DNA of 64,000 nucleotides from Lophium mytilinum (Eukaryota): NCBI GenBank assembly GCA_010093605.1, contig MU004183.1, positions 2,480,001 to 2,544,000 of the forward strand, read 5' to 3'. Shown piece by piece: positions 63,852 to 64,000 of this stretch (position 1 is its first letter; each line of letters starts with the position of its first letter). The notes under the pieces were generated by a model. It saw only the letters and a program-made list of their open reading frames with translations, ran no database searches and was not told where the DNA came from. The position numbers and the translations under genes were made by a program.

Positions 63852-64000
63852 ATGGCTGACGACTCAAGCGTCTTCTTGCAGCGTGCTAGGGCATATCGTC
63901 ATTTCTCCGAGCTCTTAACTCTAATCGAACTACACAGCCTGGATATAACACCGGCCGACCACTTCGAATCTGTCACCTACAACGAGTTTCACATCACTCT
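63852..64000 (+). CDS. Hypothetical protein, 5' part only
   Basis: ATG after a CT-rich leader; MADDSSVFLQRARAYRHFSELLTLIELHSLDITPADHFESVTYNEFHIT, open to the window edge. Confidence 0.45.
   Translation, partial: MADDSSVFLQRARAYRHFSELLTLIELHSLDITPADHFESVTYNEFHIT

Overview
Gene-dense euchromatic window from a filamentous ascomycete (Pezizomycotina; short GT-AG introns with CTRAC/CTAAY branch sites, standard code, RIP-type mutation). About 24 protein genes can be modelled: DUF676/ROG1-like lipase, 4-TM membrane protein, Whi5/Nrm1-motif regulator, jacalin-metalloprotease, phosphatidylserine synthase, RNAi-type RdRP, Zn2Cys6 TF, mitochondrial citrate carrier, MAM33, TMA16, EXO1, a very basic low-complexity protein, a small 8-Cys secreted protein, UNG1, a CON-10-like protein, a LaeA-like methyltransferase, an NRT2 nitrate transporter, RBA50, a TALE-homeobox/C2H2 TF, RPL13, a coiled-coil protein and an LRR protein. 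There is also a 3.1-kb RIP-inactivated piggyBac-family transposon and a RING-H2 pseudogene. I found no convincing new multi-gene system. The best leads are: (1) the piggyBac-like element has CCC...GGG imperfect TIRs but is flanked by AT rather than TTAA; (2) a three-exon secreted protein that the ORF track only partly captures resembles the Histoplasma CBP family; (3) the RING-H2 gene has TGA exactly at its first zinc-ligand Cys plus probable frameshifts. All family calls come from motif recognition by eye, not from database searches.
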